NCBI GenBank assembly: GCA_029932605.1
Contig: JAOZPT010000061.1
Coordinates: 1-12,719, forward strand
Direction: 5' to 3'
DNA: 12,719 nucleotides
Source of the DNA: Candidatus Zixiibacteriota bacterium
GTDB taxonomy: Bacteria; Zixibacteria; MSB-5A5; UBA10806; 4484-95
Numbering within the stretch: the first letter of the stretch is position 1; every line of letters starts with the position of its first letter. The notes under the pieces are model-generated. The model was not told the DNA's origin. It was given only the letters and a program-made list of their open reading frames with translations, and ran no database searches. A program made the position numbers and the translations under genes. Below, in pieces: positions 7,768 through 12,719 of this stretch.

Positions 7768-8979
7768 ATGAGTGATTTCTTCCAGAGCGGTACGGTGGCA
7801 ACTTTTCACAGGCTGGGGGAATTTAGTCTGGAAAAGTTGGAAAAGGACCTGTTGGAATTTTCTTTCAAAAAAGGCATTACTCTTGTTTTGCCCTCACTTT
7901 ATTCGGAGATACAGGGGGAGGGTTTAAGAAAGATTGTTGAGGAGTTAAAAGGGGTGAGATATTTGCGTGAAATTGTGCTAACTCTGGGACCGGCATCAAA
8001 AAAACAATTTCTGGAAGTAAAAAAGTTTTTCTCTGGCTTACCACAGAGAATAAATGTCCTATGGAACGATGGTCCTCGTCTTCAGAGGCTCTATGATGAG
8101 CTAAAAGATAATGATCTTGACCCCGGGCCAGCTGGTAAAGGTCGTCAGGCATGGATGGCTTACGGTTATGTCCTGGCCGAAAGGGGAAGTCGGGTTATAG
8201 TACTTCATGACTGCGATATATTGACTTATTCAAGGGAACTATTGGGACGTTTAGTATATCCGGTTGCCTGCACGAAGCTTGATTATGAGTTTTGTAAGGG
8301 GTATTACAGCCGGGTGTCCGACAGGATGTATGGTCGTGTAACCAGGCTTTTCGTGACTCCCCTGATAAGAGCCCTTTTTAATGTTGTTGGTTATAAGGAG
8401 ATTCTTAGATATTTTGATAGTTTTAGGTATATTTTAGCGGGTGAATTTTCTATGACAACAGAGTTGGCGAGTATCAACCGTATCCCGGCTGATTGGGGAT
8501 TAGAGATAGGTGTATTAGCAGAGGTTTATCGTAATTGTTCGCCACAACGGATTTGTCAGGCTGAACTTTGTAAAAATTATGAACATAAACATCAAGAGTT
8601 ATCTGCCGATGACAAAATGAAAGGTTTGAATAAAATGACGATTGACATTGCTAAAACAATGTTCAGGATACTTGCCAGCGAGGGAGTAGTTTATTCATAT
8701 GGATTTTTCAATACTTTGAGGGCGGCTTATCAGAAAATTGCTGAGAATATGATAGGCAGATACCATGGTGATGCTATGATAAATGGTCTTGAATATGACC
8801 TTCACGAGGAGGAATACGCTCTTGAGGTTTTTGTTAAAGCCATACAAACTGCTGCTGAAATAATAATTGAAGACCCTATGGGGCCACCGCAAATCCCGAA
8901 TTGGTCCAGGGTTTTTTCAGCCATACCCGATTTTGACCATAAGTTATTGCAAGCAGTTAGGCAGGACAATAGTCCGTGA
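7768..8979 (+). CDS. gpgS: Glucosyl-3-phosphoglycerate synthase (about 400-aa Persephonella/cyanobacterial type)
   Basis: 403 aa with the MSDFFQ N-terminus, LVLPSLYSE, GKGR, the DxD motif HDCD, FCKGYY, YGRVTRL, GEF, DWGLEIGVL and YEHKHQ. SD GGAGG at 7757-7761. Lies in an operon with a GpgP-like phosphatase. Confidence 0.85.
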   Translation: MSDFFQSGTVATFHRLGEFSLEKLEKDLLEFSFKKGITLVLPSLYSEIQGEGLRKIVEELKGVRYLREIVLTLGPASKKQFLEVKKFFSGLPQRINVLWNDGPRLQRLYDELKDNDLDPGPAGKGRQAWMAYGYVLAERGSRVIVLHDCDILTYSRELLGRLVYPVACTKLDYEFCKGYYSRVSDRMYGRVTRLFVTPLIRALFNVVGYKEILRYFDSFRYILAGEFSMTTELASINRIPADWGLEIGVLAEVYRNCSPQRICQAELCKNYEHKHQELSADDKMKGLNKMTIDIAKTMFRILASEGVVYSYGFFNTLRAAYQKIAENMIGRYHGDAMINGLEYDLHEEEYALEVFVKAIQTAAEIIIEDPMGPPQIPNWSRVFSAIPDFDHKLLQAVRQDNSP

Positions 8980-8987
8980 GGTGAATA

Positions 8988-10265
8988 ATGAAGTATTATA
9001 CTTCCCTGCGACCATACGTTTCTAAAAGGGTTGAGCAGATTGAAAGCGCTGATATTTTAATTGGAATACCAAGCTACAACAGTGAAAGAACAATCGGGCA
9101 TGTCATTGAGATGGTGTCGGAGGGTTTGCACCGGCATTATAAAGACCTTCGTTCGGTGGTTATGTTAGCTGATGGCGGTTCTACCGATGACACCAGGGAT
9201 GTTATCGATAATACTTCAATAGGACCATGGCAGGAAAAACTTGTAACAATCTATCGGGGGCCGGCGGGCAAAGGAACAGCTCTTCGCTCAATATTCGAAG
9301 TGGCCACGAGGCTCTCGGTCAAAGCCTGCATGGTTGTTGACTCTGACCTTAGAAGCATTACTGGAGACTGGGTCAAACATTTGCTTGATCCGGTTATCGA
9401 GAAGGATTATGATTTTGTTGCTCCTATTTACTGTCGTTATAAGTATGACGGCACTATAACAAACAATGTAGTCTATTATCTTACGCGGGCTTTATATGGC
9501 AAAAGGATACGTCAGCCTATAGGTGGTGATTTCGCTTTTTCTAAAAGGTGTGCCAGTTTTTATATGAATCAGGATGTCTGGGAGACCGATATCGCCAAGT
9601 TTGGTGTTGATATATGGATAACCACTAGCGCCATTGTTAATAATTTCAAAATCTGCCAGTCTCATCTTGGAGTAAAAATCCATGATGCCAAAGATCCAGC
9701 AGTTCATCTTGCACCTATGTATCGTCAGGTGATTACTACGTTGTTTGCCTTAATGGAGGAGTATGAAAATTTCTGGAAGGAGATAAAATCCTCGGAACCA
9801 ACTGAGGTGTTCGGCGAGGATCCGGGTATCGAACCAGAGCCAGTAGCGGTTGATTTGAAAATGCTTGTGCGCAAGTTTAAGTTTGGGTATAAATATTTTG
9901 GTGTTCTCTGGAGAAAGATATTTTCTGAGGATGTTTTTAGAACTATCAGAAGGGCTTCCCGCCAGCGTTCAGAGAATTTATATATTAGTCCTGATGATTG
10001 GGCAAAGATACTATATGAGATTGCTGCCACGTTTCATAAGTGGAAGCATAACAGGTACAAGCTCGTCGAACTATCCACACCGCTTTATTATGGGAAGGTT
10101 GCGTCCTTTATAAACCACAGTCGTGACATGAATTCAGCGGAGGCAGAAAGACTCGTCGAGAGAAATGCACTGGTTTTTGAACATCTCAAACCCTTCCTTC
10201 TGGAGTTATGGGACAAACCTTTAGAAAATAACCACGAATTAGACCCTGAACTCGAAGATCTTTAA
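8988..10265 (+). CDS. ggs: Glucosylglycerate synthase-like GT-A glycosyltransferase (single-step Ggs family, related to mannosylglycerate synthase)
   Basis: 425 aa with ADILIGIPSYN, DGGSTDDT, GKGTA, the DxD motif VDSDLRSI, RYKYDGTITN, RQPIGGDFA, FGVDIWITT and KIHDAKD. SD GAGGTG overlaps the gpgS stop. Substrate specificity is inferred from family and context. Confidence 0.75.
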   Translation: MKYYTSLRPYVSKRVEQIESADILIGIPSYNSERTIGHVIEMVSEGLHRHYKDLRSVVMLADGGSTDDTRDVIDNTSIGPWQEKLVTIYRGPAGKGTALRSIFEVATRLSVKACMVVDSDLRSITGDWVKHLLDPVIEKDYDFVAPIYCRYKYDGTITNNVVYYLTRALYGKRIRQPIGGDFAFSKRCASFYMNQDVWETDIAKFGVDIWITTSAIVNNFKICQSHLGVKIHDAKDPAVHLAPMYRQVITTLFALMEEYENFWKEIKSSEPTEVFGEDPGIEPEPVAVDLKMLVRKFKFGYKYFGVLWRKIFSEDVFRTIRRASRQRSENLYISPDDWAKILYEIAATFHKWKHNRYKLVELSTPLYYGKVASFINHSRDMNSAEAERLVERNALVFEHLKPFLLELWDKPLENNHELDPELEDL

Positions 10266-10279
10266 TCCGTTTTCATCAG

Positions 10280-11104
10280 ATGTCTAACAACTTAGTAATA
10301 TTCACCGACCTTGACGGCACACTGCTTGATAAACATACATATCAACCCGGTGTCTCACTTGCAAGTCTTGAGAGATGCCGTCGCCTGAAAATACCGGTGA
10401 TCTTTGTATCTGGGAAAAGCAGGGCTGAGATGGAACTGGTTAGAAAGGAGTTGAATAACGACAGTCCTTTTATATCCGAAAATGGGGGTGGATTGTATTT
10501 ACCGGTGAAAGATTTTCAAGCTCCCGAGGGCGCTTCGAGGATCGATTCATACTGGTGTTTGTGTTATGATGAAAATATTGGGGATGTTCGCAATGTGCTC
10601 TTAAAATCAGCGACAGAGGCAGGTATTGAGGTTAAAACCTTTGACCAGATAACAGCCTTAGAAGTCTCCGAGTTAACCGGTCTAAATCTTGAGCATTCAA
10701 AGCTGGCAAAAATAAGAGAGTTTGACGAGGCTTTTGTAATTATCGATGAGACACCGGAAAAACTAAAAACTTTAAGAGAAAAAATCGCAAGTCATGGATA
10801 TAGATATACGCATGGGGGCCATTTTCATCATATTATGGGAAATTTTGATAAAGGCTATAGGGTGGACCAGGTTAAAAAGATTTATTTAAGTATGAATCCT
10901 ACAACCAAGTTCGCCGCCCTGGGAGATGCCTGTAACGACCTGCCGATGTTAAAAATTGTGGATTATCCATTCCTTGTCCGAAGACCGGATGATACTTATG
11001 ATGAGAGCGTTGTTTTTGAGAGCTTGAATATAACCGCCGGTATCGGACCTGCTGGCTTTGCCGAGGCTGTGGATTGGTTGATAAAAAAATTAGCCTTGGA
11101 GTGA
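10280..11104 (+). CDS. gpgP: Glucosyl-/mannosyl-3-phosphoglycerate phosphatase (HAD IIB, MpgP/YedP family)
   Basis: 274 aa with HAD motif I FTDLDGTLLD, motif II SGK, PFISENGG, REFDE, GGHFHH, motif III DKG and motif IV GDACND. Begins 14 nt after the ggs stop. Confidence 0.88.
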   Translation: MSNNLVIFTDLDGTLLDKHTYQPGVSLASLERCRRLKIPVIFVSGKSRAEMELVRKELNNDSPFISENGGGLYLPVKDFQAPEGASRIDSYWCLCYDENIGDVRNVLLKSATEAGIEVKTFDQITALEVSELTGLNLEHSKLAKIREFDEAFVIIDETPEKLKTLREKIASHGYRYTHGGHFHHIMGNFDKGYRVDQVKKIYLSMNPTTKFAALGDACNDLPMLKIVDYPFLVRRPDDTYDESVVFESLNITAGIGPAGFAEAVDWLIKKLALE

Positions 11105-11133
11105 TAAGTTTTAGATAAGTTTATAGTTTTTAA

Positions 11134-11170
11134 AGCTTGGGAAATAATAATTACCCAGGCTATTTTTTTT
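11134..11170 (+). terminator. Rho-independent terminator of the GG operon
   Basis: Stem AGCTTGGG (11134-11141) pairs with CCCAGGCT (11154-11161) with one G-U pair, followed by ATTTTTTTT, about 30 nt after the gpgP stop. Confidence 0.75.
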
Positions 11171-11247
11171 ATCCTTTTATTTGAACAAGCCATCAGTTTC
11201 CAAAGTTAGATTCTAAGATGTATAATATCTTATATCGAATTTTGTAT

Positions 11248-11276
11248 TTGATTATTAATCAGGTTATATTTATAAT
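11248..11276 (+). promoter_or_regulatory. Putative sigma70-type promoter of the M32 carboxypeptidase gene
   Basis: TTGATT (11248-11253), 17 nt, TATAAT (11271-11276). A second candidate, TTCCAA (11198-11203) N17 TATAAT (11221-11226), lies upstream. SD AAGGAG at 11302-11307. Confidence 0.55.
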
Positions 11277-11316
11277 TGATTCTGTTGAATAAAATTTGGA
11301 GAAGGAGTTTTTAAAT

Positions 11317-12719
11317 ATGGCGGGAAAAGCTGAGAAAGCGTTGGGGGAACTTGTTGATTTATGCAAAGAGATTCACCTTTTACGTTCATGTTCTTCTTTG
11401 CTGGGATGGGATGAAAGGACATATATACCACAAAAAGGAACGCCACACAGGGCAGAGCAACAATCACTTTTGGCTGGTATTGTCCATGATAAATTCACAT
11501 CACCCAAAATCGGCGATCTTTTAAATGAGATCGAAAACAGTGAACTGGTTGACGACCCTCTTTCGCCAGCGGCTGTAAATGTCCGTGAGATTCGCCGTCT
11601 GTATGACAAAGAAGTAAAATTACCTAAGTCTTTGGTGGAGGAGATATCCCGGACTGTTACTCTATCCGAGCAGGCTTGGGTTGAGGCTAGGAAGAAGTCT
11701 GATTTCCACATGTTTTCACCCTGGCTGGCAAAGATGACCGAGCTTAAACGCCAGCAGGCAGATGCGATAGGATATAAAAAGGAACGATATGATGCTTTAC
11801 TGGATGATTACGAGCCGGGAGAGACGGCTGAGAATATAAAAAAGGTTTTTGATGGTTTACGCAAAGAGCTGGTTGAATTGGTGGAGGCCATTGGCAGTTC
11901 GAGTAGGAGACCTGATATTTCGATTCTTGAACGTAATTACCCCGTTGATAAGCAGGAGGTTGTCAGCAAAACAGCCTCTGCGTCAATCGGTTTCGATTAC
12001 AATGGCGGGAGGCTTGATATAACCACCCATCCATTTTGCACCACCATTGGACCGGGTGATGTTCGCATTACAACCCGTTACAATCAGAACCATTTCGGCC
12101 AGGCTTTCTTCGGCGTATTACATGAATCCGGTCATGGTCTGTATGAGCAGGGGCTTGATCCTCAGTATGCCGGATTACCGATGGGCGAATCAGTATCTTT
12201 GGGAATTCATGAATCGCAATCTCGCATGTGGGAGAATTTTGTTGGCCGTTCAAAACCGTTCTGGATTTACTTTTTCCCGTGGGTTAAAAAGGTTTTCTGG
12301 GAATCTTTAAACGATGTTAAACTGGATGATTTTTATTTTGCCATTAACGATGTTAGGCCATCGCTTATCCGTGTGGAGGCCGATGAGGTTACCTATAACC
12401 TTCATATACTTTTGAGATTCGAGATAGAACATGCCATTTTTGCTGGTGATTTGAAAACCGATGATGTTCCCGGTGTCTGGAATGAGAATTTCAAAAGGTA
12501 TTTTGGTATTGTTCCTCCTGATGATGCAAGAGGTTGTCTTCAGGATGTCCATTGGAGCTGTGGCTATATAGGCTATTTCCCAACATATACGCTTGGCAAC
12601 CTTTATGCCGCACAATTTTTCGCCAAAGCGAAAGAAGAGTTGGGCAATCTTGATGAACAATTCAGCCATGGCTCTTTCACAGACCTTTTAAACTGGCTGA
12701 GAGAAAAAATCCATAAGCA
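11317..12719 (+). CDS. M32 family metallocarboxypeptidase (carboxypeptidase Taq-like), 3' end beyond the window
   Basis: Translated by hand from ATG 11317: MAGKAEKALGELVDLCKEIHLLRSCSSLLGWDERTYIPQKG..., then YDALLDDYEPG, RLDITTHPF, the HExxH motif HESGHGLYEQG (12121), GIHESQSRMWEN, IRVEADEVTYNLH, QDVHWS and GYFPTYTLGN. 467 codons with no stop seen before the window ends. Confidence 0.95.
   Translation, partial: MAGKAEKALGELVDLCKEIHLLRSCSSLLGWDERTYIPQKGTPHRAEQQSLLAGIVHDKFTSPKIGDLLNEIENSELVDDPLSPAAVNVREIRRLYDKEVKLPKSLVEEISRTVTLSEQAWVEARKKSDFHMFSPWLAKMTELKRQQADAIGYKKERYDALLDDYEPGETAENIKKVFDGLRKELVELVEAIGSSSRRPDISILERNYPVDKQEVVSKTASASIGFDYNGGRLDITTHPFCTTIGPGDVRITTRYNQNHFGQAFFGVLHESGHGLYEQGLDPQYAGLPMGESVSLGIHESQSRMWENFVGRSKPFWIYFFPWVKKVFWESLNDVKLDDFYFAINDVRPSLIRVEADEVTYNLHILLRFEIEHAIFAGDLKTDDVPGVWNENFKRYFGIVPPDDARGCLQDVHWSCGYIGYFPTYTLGNLYAAQFFAKAKEELGNLDEQFSHGSFTDLLNWLREKIHK

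Noticed and set aside
11103..11123. Short tandem repeat GATAAGTTT x2 after the gpgP stop
   Set aside because: Only two 9-nt copies with no spacer structure; not CRISPR-like.
7529..11193. Short ORFs overlapping the GG operon (7529-7753, 7877-8152, 8695-8892, 9492-9707, 9725-10030, 9865-10113, 10996-11193)
   Set aside because: Shadow frames of conserved enzyme genes.
11248..11262. FNR/CRP-type site TTGAT...ATCAG
   Set aside because: The spacer is 5 nt rather than the 4 nt of TTGAT-N4-ATCAA. Kept only as a generic palindrome.
11270..12669. ORFs 11270-11467, 11373-11711, 12047-12310, 12068-12253 and 12307-12669
   Set aside because: All overlap the M32 carboxypeptidase frame, which carries the family motifs.

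Overview
Bacterial window of low-to-moderate GC with eight genes, all on the + strand, in three blocks. (1) A membrane glycosylation-type cluster (396-6146): a UPF0104/lysylphosphatidylglycerol-synthase-TM flippase-like protein, a YfhO-family GT-C glycosyltransferase, and a markedly AT-rich polytopic membrane protein with five C-terminal TPRs. (2) A compact four-gene glucosylglycerate (GG) operon (about 6397-11104): MOFRL glycerate kinase, GpgS, a single-step Ggs-like synthase and a GpgP/MpgP HAD phosphatase, closed by an intrinsic terminator. (3) An M32 carboxypeptidase starting at 11317 that runs off the window and is absent from the supplied ORF track. No RNA genes, CRISPR arrays or mobile elements were seen. 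The best leads are the GG operon (two-step and single-step enzymes plus a glycerate-consuming kinase, but no GG phosphorylase or hydrolase) and the flippase/GT-C/GT-C-TPR trio, which may be a protein or envelope glycosylation system. All family calls come from motif recognition by eye; no searches were run.
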